From: Nitrospirota bacterium
GTDB taxonomy: Bacteria > Nitrospirota > UBA9217
Length of the DNA: 64,000 nucleotides
Reading direction: 5' to 3'
NCBI GenBank assembly: GCA_035623825.1
Contig: DASPSR010000042.1
Coordinates: forward strand, 11,669 to 75,668
The notes under the pieces were generated by a model. The model was not told where the DNA came from and searched no databases. It saw only the letters and a list, made by a program, of their open reading frames with translations. How positions within the stretch are numbered: the first letter of the stretch is position 1; each line of letters opens with the position of its first letter. This document shows, one piece after another, positions 44,739-53,874 of this stretch. The translations under genes and the position numbers were made by a program.

Positions 44739-45016
44739 TAAATCAATTTGTTACAGCGCGTGAAACGCTTTCCCCAGTGTTGGAAAATACTACACTGATG
44801 GAATCTTAACGGACAAAATTTGACAGAGCAGTCTTGGCTCTTTAAAAATCTCGGGGCGCTTTTCGAGAGAACAGCGGCTCCCGGTTGAGCTTGGCTAAAC
44901 TGGGTTCAGATATTTCTTGGAAGAGCAGGGAAACAGCTTCGTATTCAATCGCGATCACTTGGTGACGGTGTACGTCGTATGCGACGGAACAGGCGTTACA
45001 AAGCTGATTGGAAAAA

Positions 45017-45198
45017 GCCGTTGATGTCGGGCATATTGATGTCAGTGATGATCAGGTTGAAGCGGTTTGCGGGAAGAGTTTTGAGGGCTTCAAAGCCGTT
45101 CCCGGCTTCCACCGCAAAGAACTCTCCCGTTTCCTCGAGAGAGACCCGCATCATCGAGCGTATGGCCTCGAATCCTCCACGATAAAGACGTTCTTCAT
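45017..45198 (-). pseudogene. cheY fragment: frameshifted and 3'-truncated
   Basis: It starts with ATGA overlapping the stop of the upstream gene. A 1-nt deletion relative to copy A (GGCCTCGAATCC versus GGCCTTGGAATCC) gives MKNVFIVEDSRPYAR*. Homology ends after the DINMPDING codons. Confidence 0.8.
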
Positions 45199-45333
45199 TT
45201 TCGCTCCTTCTGGAGGTCGGCAAGTCTCTTTTCCAGCAGGGCCTTTTCCAGGGCCATCCCTGCCTGGTTCATGAATATCTCGAGAGTATCCACGCCTTTG
45301 ATCGGTTTCTGATTAGGCAAGTTGTCACCATAT
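45017..45333. repeat. segmental duplication, copy B (truncated cheY fragment + genuine 3' end of the DUF4388 gene)
   Basis: See copy A. The offset between copies is 727-728 nt. Confidence 0.85.
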
Positions 45334-46340
45334 ACAACCAGCGCTATCTTTCCGTCCACAATCAGCGGTATTGCGAGTACCATATCGGGCTTGACCCCGC
45401 CGAGCTCATTGACGAGGTAGTTGTTGCTCTCATTCGATGCAAGCTGACCGAGAAAACTTCGTCGGTTTTCGATCACCGTAAGGAACAGCGACGGTTGATT
45501 GAGCGGGATTTTGATATTGCGGACGACCTGGTCGGCGGACATGTTCTTGAGGTCTATCCCGAACTGGCCGAGACCTCGAACCTCGTCCTTCTTCACCATG
45601 AACAAGATAGCACGGTTGACAACCTCGCTCGCATACCGCAGGATGAGGAGCGTCACCTCTGCCGTTGCTGTGGGGAACCTTAGTTCGTCGAACATGGACT
45701 TGAGCACAGTGATCTCTCTGCGCGGTACTTCTGTCTCTATGCGGGTGAGGAACTCTTCTTTGGCCGGTTCGTAGCTGACGCGGTGAGTGGCCGGAGCTTT
45801 TGATGACGGGGCGGCTGTCTTGTGCATGCCTTTCCGCTTCTCATCGAGGATCCGCGTTCCCTCCATGAGGAGATACTCGGCACTGATGCCGGACTTGAGC
45901 AGGAACTCCTGGGTGTCTATCTCGAAATTGTCCTTTGAGGCTATATCTCCGAGCTCGAAGTTGAAAAAGCCCTCTTCCCACGCAAGCAGATCATAGATGA
46001 TCTCCTCAATCTGTTTACGGACGACGGTCTCGAGCGTTTGTGCGGGCACGACCCCCATCTCCACGAGGATCATGCCGAGTGGCTTGTCGACTTTCTCCTT
46101 TTGCAGCGCCAGCGCCTGGGACAGCGCCGTTTCGGTCAGCATTCCCTGCGAGACAAGGATATTTCCAAGGGAATCGCGGATACTGTCACTAGCGGCCTGA
46201 ATTACCTGGCCGCCCTTGAATACGACCATCCCTGTTCCCTTGCGGCTACGCACAAGGAGGGTGCCGGTTTTCTTACTCAGACTAATGATCTGGAAGATAT
46301 CGGGTAAAGCAAGATCTTCCAGCCTGCCAACAAGGCTCAT
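45195..46340 (-). CDS. DUF4388 (PatA-N-like) + tandem MshEN/T2SSE_N-like motifs + GAF-like C-terminal domain
   Basis: The N-terminus LEDLALPDIFQIISLSKKTGTLLV...VVFKGGQVIQA is the DUF4388 pattern. SLGNILVSQGMLTETALSQALALQ and PLGMILVEMGVVPAQTLETVVRKQ fit xLGxx(LVI)(LVI)xxG(LVI)(LVI)xxxxLxxxLxxQ. Confidence 0.7.
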   Translation of the reverse strand: MSLVGRLEDLALPDIFQIISLSKKTGTLLVRSRKGTGMVVFKGGQVIQAASDSIRDSLGNILVSQGMLTETALSQALALQKEKVDKPLGMILVEMGVVPAQTLETVVRKQIEEIIYDLLAWEEGFFNFELGDIASKDNFEIDTQEFLLKSGISAEYLLMEGTRILDEKRKGMHKTAAPSSKAPATHRVSYEPAKEEFLTRIETEVPRREITVLKSMFDELRFPTATAEVTLLILRYASEVVNRAILFMVKKDEVRGLGQFGIDLKNMSADQVVRNIKIPLNQPSLFLTVIENRRSFLGQLASNESNNYLVNELGGVKPDMVLAIPLIVDGKIALVVYGDNLPNQKPIKGVDTLEIFMNQAGMALEKALLEKRLADLQKERK

Positions 46341-46379
46341 GCACTCTCCCTGTTACTCATTTTCAACAAATTATATCAA

Positions 46380-46407
46380 CTTGAAAAAAAGAAGCAAGTT
46401 TAATCAT
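46380..46407 (-). promoter_or_regulatory. candidate sigma70 promoter for the chemosensory gene string
   Basis: The minus strand reads TTGCTT (46402-46407), a 16-nt spacer, then a perfect TATAAT (46380-46385). This lies about 40 nt upstream of ATG 46340, whose RBS is GGGAGAG. Confidence 0.45.
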
Positions 46408-46462
46408 CGGTCAGGTAGACAGGAGCTTCCGCTCAAAAAAACCGGAATGCAGATATGAACTC

Positions 46463-46960
46463 CTATGTGCTCCGGTAATTCGTAAACTGAAGCTCAAGGC
46501 CAAACTCTTTTTCTTTTAGGAGCTGAATGACAGCCTGGAGGTCGTCCCGGTTCTTGCCGGATACCCTGACCTGGTCTGCCTGGATCGACGCCTGGACCTT
46601 GACCTTGGAATCCTTGATAGCTTTCACGATCTCCTTGGCCTTATCCGTCGGAATCCCCTGCTGGAGCTTCGCATGTTGCCGTACGGCGCCACCCTGAGCA
46701 GGCTCCACTTTGCCGAAGGAAATATTCTTGATCGGCACTCTACGCTTGACGAGCTTGCCCTCAAGAATATCGACCACGCTCTTGAGCTTGTACTCGTCAT
46801 CGGAAACGATTACAAGCGCATCCTTCTCCTGCGTAATGTTTGATTTGCTTCCTTTGAAATCGAACCGCTGGCTGATCTCCTTTAGAGCCTGGCTCACCGC
46901 GTTCGTTACCTCGGCCATATCAATTTTCGAAACAACATCGAATGAGTTTTCCGCCGCCAT
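46463..46960 (-). CDS. yajQ: YajQ-family nucleotide-binding protein (UPF0234)
   Basis: A 165-aa protein with [33 protein letters not shown], the characteristic YajQ N-terminus. Confidence 0.88.
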   Translation of the reverse strand: MAAENSFDVVSKIDMAEVTNAVSQALKEISQRFDFKGSKSNITQEKDALVIVSDDEYKLKSVVDILEGKLVKRRVPIKNISFGKVEPAQGGAVRQHAKLQQGIPTDKAKEIVKAIKDSKVKVQASIQADQVRVSGKNRDDLQAVIQLLKEKEFGLELQFTNYRST

Positions 46961-47032
46961 GAGTCCTCCTTAGTAAAGCAGAAGTCCGTCTGAAGTTTCA
47001 TTAGTCGATCCTCTATTTGCTGTGTCCTGAGG

Positions 47033-47722
47033 TTACTGCTCGATAGTCTCCGTGCCCTTGGGAGCCGTGAAGGTGAACAGCTTGCTGTCGAGACCCGTAT
47101 CTTCCCTAAGGTCCGTAAATTCTATCTCGGTGATATTGCCCGTAATGCCGAATATGATCAACCTGACGATGCGCCCAACCTCATCAGTCTGAATCCTGAG
47201 CTTCCTCATGGCTGCACTCGTCTTCTTCGGAGTAAGCTCGACAAGGCGGGGATTTTTCACCTCCGGCTGAAATGCCTCGAAATCATCCCGGATATGTGCG
47301 GCGCCGAGCAGGAATGCAACGGGTATGTTCATCTGTTCAATGTCCGTGAAGGTTTTTTTAACCACCTGCTCGGTGTTCTTCGAATAGAAAAGGGCCGCTT
47401 TGCCGTCAATAAGTATGAGCTGGCCATTCGTGTATTTGAGCCTGAGTTTACCCGGTTTTTTGATCCAGAGCATCCCTTCGAAAATCTGCGTCTTGTCGAT
47501 GGCTTTTAGAAAATTCTTCTGGGTCACCTTTGCCGTGAGGTCCCTGAGCTCCTGATAATGATTTTCAACGACGGGGACCACTTGGTCAACGCTTTGGGCG
47601 AAGGCATGATTCGCCGCAGAGGACGCAAAAAAACCGATCAACAGACCCCAAAAAACAAAGATTCGATCAAGACTGCGCTTAACTCCCGGATGCATCATCA
47701 GCAACCCACAACCGCTAGTCAT
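47033..47722 (-). CDS. lolA: LolA-like periplasmic lipoprotein carrier
   Basis: It has a signal peptide (FFASSAANHAFAQ) and is about 200 aa when mature. It sits directly after ftsK, a common ftsK-lolA synteny. The start is ambiguous between 47722 and 47698. Confidence 0.65.
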   Translation of the reverse strand: MTSGCGLLMMHPGVKRSLDRIFVFWGLLIGFFASSAANHAFAQSVDQVVPVVENHYQELRDLTAKVTQKNFLKAIDKTQIFEGMLWIKKPGKLRLKYTNGQLILIDGKAALFYSKNTEQVVKKTFTDIEQMNIPVAFLLGAAHIRDDFEAFQPEVKNPRLVELTPKKTSAAMRKLRIQTDEVGRIVRLIIFGITGNITEIEFTDLREDTGLDSKLFTFTAPKGTETIEQ

Positions 47723-49901
47723 TAAGACTCCTTGTTGTGCCGTCCATATTCTTGCGTACCAGCACTTCCCGCGGTTTGGCGCCGTCTGCCGGTCCGACGA
47801 TTCCGTCCTCTTCCATCATCTCGATCATACGGGCGGCACGGTTGTACCCCACGCGCAGTCTGCGCTGGATGAAGGACGTCGATGCCTGGCCGTTCATCTG
47901 GACGAGATCCACGGCTCGCGCGTACAGCTCATCGCGCTCGCTGTCCTCGACTTCCGCGACTTGGGCCTCGGCAACTTCCCTCACGCGCTGGGCCAAGAGC
48001 TCGTAGTTGGGCTTTGCCTGCTTCTTCACGAACTCAACCACGCGTTTGATCTCGGTCTCGGATACGAAGCAACCGTGCACACGGATGAGATGGGCAGTGC
48101 CAGGCGGCAGGAAGAGCATGTCGCCCATGCCGAGGAGGTTTTCCGCTCCGTTCGCGTCGAGGATGGTGCGTGAATCTGTCTTGGACGAGACCTGGAAGGA
48201 GATCCTCGCCGGAAGGTTGGCTTTTATAAGTCCTGTAATCACGTCGACGCTGGGGCGCTGGGTGGCCACGATGAGATGAATACCCGCGGCACGCGCCATC
48301 TGGGCCAGGCGCATGATGGAGTCCTCAACCTCGCGCTGGACTGTCATCATAAGGTCAGCGAGCTCATCGACGATCACGACGATGTACGGAAGGCGCTCTG
48401 CCTCGGTCACCGCTTTGTTATAGGAATCAACGTTCTTAGACCCTTTTTCAGCGAGTTGCCGGTATCTGCGCTCCATCTCGGCCACGAGCGCTCGGAGTGT
48501 TTCAGCGGCGCGCCTGGGTTGGGTAACCACGGGCGATAGAAGATGAGGGATATCATTATAGAGGGAGAGCTCGAGCATCTTGGGATCAACTAGTATGAGC
48601 TTCACCTCGCTCGGCCGTGTGTTGTACAGGAGTGCGAGGATGATGGTGTTGATGGCGACGCTCTTTCCTGATCCCGTTGCGCCGGCAATGAGGAGGTGAG
48701 GCATCTTGTCGATACTTGACACCACGGAAGTGCCGAAGATGTCCTTGCCCAGAGGCACCTTGAGCTTGCTTTTCTGAGACACGTACTCCGGCGATTCGAG
48801 GATTTCGCGGAAGTAGACGGTCTCGCGCGTGTTGTTCGGCACCTCAATGCCCACGGCGCCCTTTCCCGGGAGCGGCGACACAATCCGGACAGAAGACGAC
48901 TTCATTGCCAAGGCCAGGTCGTCAGCGAGATTCACGATCCTGCTAACCTTCACACCTGGCGCGGGTTCGAACTCAAACATGGTCACTACGGGGCCAGGGT
49001 AGACCTGGGTCACGCGGCCCTGAATGTCGAAGTCGAGCAGCTTGTGCATCAAGAGCTCGGACTGGGCGAGCATATCCTCTTTCGAGACCTTTTTCGCTGC
49101 CGGCGGAAGCGGATCCAGCAGGCCGGGAGAGGGGAGTTGGTACGTTCCTTTGGACTCTTTGCTCTCCATGAAATCGAATGCTGCCTGAGACGGTTTGGTC
49201 AGCTTTGGCTCGCGCGACGACGCAGGTTGTTGTTTCTGCGTTTCTATGATCTTGGGCGGTTCTTTCGGGAGCACAGGCCGCCGCATCGCCTCTTTGGCCT
49301 TTTCCTTACGTCCCCGGTATACTGTGATCAGGATTTCGACCTGCTCCGCGAGGCGACCGGAGAGAGCATGCAGCCACGCGATGGCCTTGAGCAGTGAGAA
49401 CGGTGTGAGCAGCATGAGCCCGATGACTAGTGCGGTAATCGTGATGATGTACGCGCCAGTGGCGGAAAAACCCCGAAGCAGTAGCGTGGAGATGAAACCT
49501 CCAAGCATTCCGCCAGAAGGCAGGTCCTCTCCGAACAGCCGGGTAGTCCCGCTTCTGAGCCCGAAGAACGCCGAGGCGGAGAAAAACAGAACGATACCGC
49601 CGACTTTTTTGAGGTACGGATGCACTGCCTCTCTGCCAACCACAAGGAACACTGCGTACCCGAAGAAGAAGAGCGGGATGAAGTAAGCGGACAGGCCGAA
49701 AAGACGCAGGAGCGCGTCGGAGAGATACGCGCCGATGATCCCGATGAAGTTTTTCGTTTCGGCGCCGGTGCCAGAGGCGCTGAAGCACGGGTCAGATGCA
49801 CTGTACGAAACGAGGCTGAGCGAAATCAGGAGTCCAATGGCGAATAGGAGCAAGCCTGTCATCTCGTTCCAGTGCCTATGTTTTTCTGATGTGCCCGCCA
49901 T
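47715..49901 (-). CDS. ftsK: DNA translocase FtsK
   Basis: It has N-terminal TM helices and Walker A IAGATGSGKS. Also present are VVIVDELADLMM, ATQRPSVDVITG and the C-terminal gamma domain ASTSFIQRRLRVGYNRAARMIEMME. Confidence 0.93.
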   Translation of the reverse strand: MAGTSEKHRHWNEMTGLLLFAIGLLISLSLVSYSASDPCFSASGTGAETKNFIGIIGAYLSDALLRLFGLSAYFIPLFFFGYAVFLVVGREAVHPYLKKVGGIVLFFSASAFFGLRSGTTRLFGEDLPSGGMLGGFISTLLLRGFSATGAYIITITALVIGLMLLTPFSLLKAIAWLHALSGRLAEQVEILITVYRGRKEKAKEAMRRPVLPKEPPKIIETQKQQPASSREPKLTKPSQAAFDFMESKESKGTYQLPSPGLLDPLPPAAKKVSKEDMLAQSELLMHKLLDFDIQGRVTQVYPGPVVTMFEFEPAPGVKVSRIVNLADDLALAMKSSSVRIVSPLPGKGAVGIEVPNNTRETVYFREILESPEYVSQKSKLKVPLGKDIFGTSVVSSIDKMPHLLIAGATGSGKSVAINTIILALLYNTRPSEVKLILVDPKMLELSLYNDIPHLLSPVVTQPRRAAETLRALVAEMERRYRQLAEKGSKNVDSYNKAVTEAERLPYIVVIVDELADLMMTVQREVEDSIMRLAQMARAAGIHLIVATQRPSVDVITGLIKANLPARISFQVSSKTDSRTILDANGAENLLGMGDMLFLPPGTAHLIRVHGCFVSETEIKRVVEFVKKQAKPNYELLAQRVREVAEAQVAEVEDSERDELYARAVDLVQMNGQASTSFIQRRLRVGYNRAARMIEMMEEDGIVGPADGAKPREVLVRKNMDGTTRSLND

Positions 49902-50144
49902 GTCAGAACTTCCATCCCCTTTGCCAGTAAGATCCCGGCAGAGAGACGGCCATGAACTCGATTTTCCCTTCCACGACGCCCAAAATCGGACCTTTTATAA
50001 AGAAGGATAAGATACACATCTCCCGAAAGCCACTCAGTAACAGGGCGCGGAAAACCGCTGCTCCGAGAATTTTCCCAATAAAGATTGTCTGACAGTCATC
50101 CGTCTGCCTGCCGGCAATTGTTCCGCAATCACGGTCCAGGCATA

Positions 50145-50654
50145 TCAGCCATGTCCGAACCACACGCCTCCGGCAACGGCAGACATGCTGATGACCAGCA
50201 AAGCCCAGTGCATTCCGTTTATAATCTTGAGTGCATTGTTCATATCGATCTTTTCAGGATCGGCAAAGATCTTGCTAAATATTTTTCGCTCGGACAGCAG
50301 GATCACTGTATAGAGCGTCCAGGCAAAAATCATGATGAGGATGCCTATGCCCTGCCGCTGTGCCAATATCCCAAAGCCATATTTGGAATACAACAACCAA
50401 AACCCTGTTACGCCCACAATCGCGATAAGCCACCGGACCATCCCGGCGAACCGATGCTCGACACGCTGGAACAGGAGCGCTTTCTCGAGGGACCCCTCGG
50501 TCTGATACATCATGGGGAAGATCACCATGGTCACAAAAGCCACCCCACCGATCCAGATGATGACACCGATGACGTGGATGATAAGCAGGATTGTAAGTAA
50601 CATGGTTGTCCCCAAGGCTGCGAGAAAATCAAGACTATACCATTGCGTGAGCAC
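50145..50654 (-). CDS. integral membrane protein (about 4 TM), unknown function
   Basis: Hydrophobic segments include LLTILLIIHVIGVIIWIGGVAFV, WLIAIVGVTGFWLL, IGILIMIFAWTLYTVILL and WALLVISMSAVAGGVW. Confidence 0.55.
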   Translation of the reverse strand: MLTQWYSLDFLAALGTTMLLTILLIIHVIGVIIWIGGVAFVTMVIFPMMYQTEGSLEKALLFQRVEHRFAGMVRWLIAIVGVTGFWLLYSKYGFGILAQRQGIGILIMIFAWTLYTVILLSERKIFSKIFADPEKIDMNNALKIINGMHWALLVISMSAVAGGVWFGHG

Positions 50655-50821
50655 ATTATTTCACAAAGCTGTATGGATTTCAAGATGTTTTGAGAGCGAG
50701 ATAGAAGAAAATAGCAAATAACGATTAAAAGCAGTCAATGAGAGAAAGAAATCCGCCGTGATGGGGCTAACGTAGTGCGGTATCAGGCTTCTTTGCTCTT
50801 GGTTAGGTCAGGCTTATATGT

Positions 50822-51850
50822 TCACCAGATCTTTACGACGATCTTCCCGAAAAACTGCCTGCTTAAGAGCTTTTCATAAGCCTTCTGAGCATCGGCAAAC
50901 TTAAAAACGGAGTCGACGACGGTCTTGAGCCGATGAGGGAAGAGCCTGAGATATTCTTGCACCGCGGCTTTCGGCCCGACGTAAATCCCATGCAATGAAA
51001 TGTTTTTACCGAATATGTAACGGAGGCTCAGCGGCACTTCATCCCCGCTTGTGGCGCCAAATGTCACAATCCTTCCACCTTTCTTGAGGCATGACAAAGA
51101 CTTGTTGAACGTGGCAACGCCCACGTGATCTACTGCGATATCAACCAGATCGCCCTTCGTTATACGCTTCACCGCCTCAGAGAAATCCTCTTTCTGGTGA
51201 TTGATGACAAAGTCCGCGCCGAGCTCTTTCGCCTTCTGAATCTTCCACTCATCACCCACCGTGGTGATGATCGTGGCATTATACAGCTTTGCCACCTGGA
51301 TGAGGGCCGTGCCCACGCCGCTTCCTGCCGAATGGATCAATATTGTATCACCTTGCCTGATGCCCCCGCGAAGCACGAGCGAGTTCCATGAGGTTGTGTA
51401 GGTTACACCGATGCCCGCTGCCTCTTCAAACGAGAGGCCTTCCGGTTTCTTAAAGATATTCGATGCGGGGACACTCACATATTCCGCGGACACACCATTA
51501 TTCTTGACCCCAAGAATGGAAAAATCCTTACACTCATTGTCGTGCCCGCTCATGCATCGATCACAGTGTCCGCACGACAGCCCGGGAAAGACGATCACTT
51601 CATCCCCAGCCCGGATGTGCTGTATATTCTTTCCGACCTTCTCGATGATCCCTGACGCGTCGGAGCCGAATACATGGGGAAGAGGAACCTGGACCGGGTA
51701 TTTCCCATCCATGACCCAGACGTCGAGATGGTTGAGTGAGAAGGCCTTGACTCGGACCAAAACTTCGTTCTCGGTAGTCTCCGGAACAGGCACGTCGCCG
51801 GTCTTGATTCCCCTGTATCCATTCAGTTCTTCGTAGTAGAGTGCTTTCAT
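50822..51850 (-). CDS. zinc-type alcohol dehydrogenase/quinone oxidoreductase (MDR superfamily)
   Basis: Contains GSDASGIIEKVG, CGHCDRCMSGHDNEC (structural Zn loop) and IHSAGSGVGTALIQ (Rossmann). Confidence 0.8.
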   Translation of the reverse strand: MKALYYEELNGYRGIKTGDVPVPETTENEVLVRVKAFSLNHLDVWVMDGKYPVQVPLPHVFGSDASGIIEKVGKNIQHIRAGDEVIVFPGLSCGHCDRCMSGHDNECKDFSILGVKNNGVSAEYVSVPASNIFKKPEGLSFEEAAGIGVTYTTSWNSLVLRGGIRQGDTILIHSAGSGVGTALIQVAKLYNATIITTVGDEWKIQKAKELGADFVINHQKEDFSEAVKRITKGDLVDIAVDHVGVATFNKSLSCLKKGGRIVTFGATSGDEVPLSLRYIFGKNISLHGIYVGPKAAVQEYLRLFPHRLKTVVDSVFKFADAQKAYEKLLSRQFFGKIVVKIW

Positions 51851-52137
51851 GTCAGTGCCACTTTTATTAGTGCTCCACTGCTTTTACTTTCCACGCGGTC
51901 TCGGTGTATTTACGGATGGTACGGTTGCTTGAAGACGGCCATAACCAGCCATGATCAGGATAGCCCGTCCGGTCCACTCTCTTCGGAATCGTAGCACGGT
52001 TCATCCACTTCGTCCTGACGCGGCAACGTTAGGAGGCTCAGTCCGAAAGCGCATGAAATGATCGCCGTATCCGATAAACAGATCGACACAATTCTTGCGT
52101 CCGGTCAACCTCCCTGCCTGCCGATCCATCGATTCCG

Positions 52138-53874
52138 TCATATTTCCATGATAATGGGCAGAATCATGGGCCTGCGCTCCATGCGCTTGTATATGAACTT
52201 CTTGAGCGCACTCCGCACCCGGGCCGAGACAAGAGACCATTCGCCCTTTGCCTCGGGAATCATGAGGAGGAGGGTGTCCATGACCACATCCTTGACCTCG
52301 GCCAGAAGCTCCTGCGACGCATCTTCAAACACGAAGCCTCGCGACACAATATCCGGCCCCGAGACCACCTTGCCCGAGGTCTTCTCGATGCCCAGGATCA
52401 CGATCACCACTCCGTCATGGGCCAGCTTCATGCGGTCCCGGAGAACGACCGTATCCACGCCGGTGTCCGCAGTGGATCCTGCGGTTTTCCCGTCGATATA
52501 CACCCGGCCGATGTTCACCACGCCGGCGCGAAGCGCCGTGTTCTCAGTGAACTCCATCACCTCCCCGTTTTCGAGGATGAAGATGTTCTCCTCGGGAATG
52601 TTTACCTTCCTAGCGAGCTGAGCATGGTATACAAGATGACGGTACTCGCCGTGCACGGGAATGAAATATCTCGGTTTGATGAGGCTCAGCATGAGCTTGA
52701 GCTCTTCCTTGGACGCATGTCCAGAAACATGGATCTCGGACACCTTTTCGTAGAACACTTCCGCACCGTGCTTGAACAGGTGGTTGATGATCCGTGTTAT
52801 GCCGCGTTCGTTCCCGGGAATCATCTTCGACGAGAGCACGATGGTGTCCCCTTTCTTGATCTGGAAGTGCTTGTGCTCATTAGCGGCCATACGCGAAAGC
52901 GCGCTCATAGGCTCGCCCTGGCTTCCGGTGGTTATCATCACGATCTGGTCGTCAGGCAGGGTCTTGAGCGCGTCGATCCGGTGCCATGTGTCTGGCGGGA
53001 TCTTGAGGGAGCCGAGGTCGAGCGCAATCTGGGCGTTCGCGATCATGCTCTTTCCATTCAGGATCACCTTCCTATTGTACATCACGGCAACGTCGATGAT
53101 CTGCTGCACGCGGTGGATGTTCGAGGCGAAGGTCGCGACGACGATCCTGCCTCGGGCGCGCCCGAATATTTCCTCAAGCCCACGCCGCACTTCCTTCTCC
53201 GAAAAGGTGTATCCGCCCTGCGACGCGTTCGTGCTGTCCGACAGAAGGACAAGGGTCCCTTTGTCGCCGTACTCTGCAAAGGTACGAAGGTCCATGACCT
53301 CGCCGTCAACGGGGGTGGGGTCGATCTTGAAGTCCCCCGTGTGGACCACGCGGCCCACAGGCGTCGTGATGCCGAAACCGCAGCCGTCGACAATGCTATG
53401 AGTCACGCGGATGAACTCCACACGGAAGCAGCCGAGATCCACTACGTCACGGGGCCGGACAGAAATAAGCTGAATCTCGCTGTCCAGGCCGTGTTCTTTG
53501 AGCTTTTCTCTGACAAACCCGAGCGTGAGCCGGGTGCCGTAGACCGGAACCCGTATCTCTCTAAGGAGGAAGGGAAGCGCCCCGATGTGGTCCTCGTGCG
53601 CATGGGAGAGCACCACCCCGCGGATGCGGTTCTTGTTATCGGTCAGATAGGAGAAATCAGGGATCACAATGTCAACGCCGAGCATCTCGGCATCAGGGAA
53701 CATGAGGCCCGCGTCGATGACCAGGATATCGTCCCCACATTCGAGCACGGTCATGTTCAAGCCGATCTCACCGACACCTCCGAGCGGGATAATGGTGAGC
53801 ACGGGGTCGTTTGTGGCCGAGGGGAGAGTGGAAGCGGATGGATCTGACACCGGAGTCGATTCTCCTCGTTTCAT
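52138..53874 (-). CDS. rnj: ribonuclease J (metallo-beta-lactamase/beta-CASP)
   Basis: Contains LSHAHEDHIGALPFLL, the beta-CASP motifs and HVSGHASKEELK. Confidence 0.9.
   Translation of the reverse strand: MKRGESTPVSDPSASTLPSATNDPVLTIIPLGGVGEIGLNMTVLECGDDILVIDAGLMFPDAEMLGVDIVIPDFSYLTDNKNRIRGVVLSHAHEDHIGALPFLLREIRVPVYGTRLTLGFVREKLKEHGLDSEIQLISVRPRDVVDLGCFRVEFIRVTHSIVDGCGFGITTPVGRVVHTGDFKIDPTPVDGEVMDLRTFAEYGDKGTLVLLSDSTNASQGGYTFSEKEVRRGLEEIFGRARGRIVVATFASNIHRVQQIIDVAVMYNRKVILNGKSMIANAQIALDLGSLKIPPDTWHRIDALKTLPDDQIVMITTGSQGEPMSALSRMAANEHKHFQIKKGDTIVLSSKMIPGNERGITRIINHLFKHGAEVFYEKVSEIHVSGHASKEELKLMLSLIKPRYFIPVHGEYRHLVYHAQLARKVNIPEENIFILENGEVMEFTENTALRAGVVNIGRVYIDGKTAGSTADTGVDTVVLRDRMKLAHDGVVIVILGIEKTSGKVVSGPDIVSRGFVFEDASQELLAEVKDVVMDTLLLMIPEAKGEWSLVSARVRSALKKFIYKRMERRPMILPIIMEI

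Noticed and set aside
44820-44848. A plus-strand TTGACA-N17-TAAAAA promoter-like sequence in the AT-rich insert.
   Set aside because: It would only drive antisense transcription into the cheY fragment and the DUF4388 gene. AT-rich context makes chance hexamers likely. I mention it under the duplication finding but do not call it as a feature.
49903-50163. An 86-aa minus-strand ORF upstream of ftsK, and a 70-aa plus-strand ORF at 57992-58204.
   Set aside because: Neither has an RBS, a motif or a coding-like composition. Both lie in promoter-type spacers.
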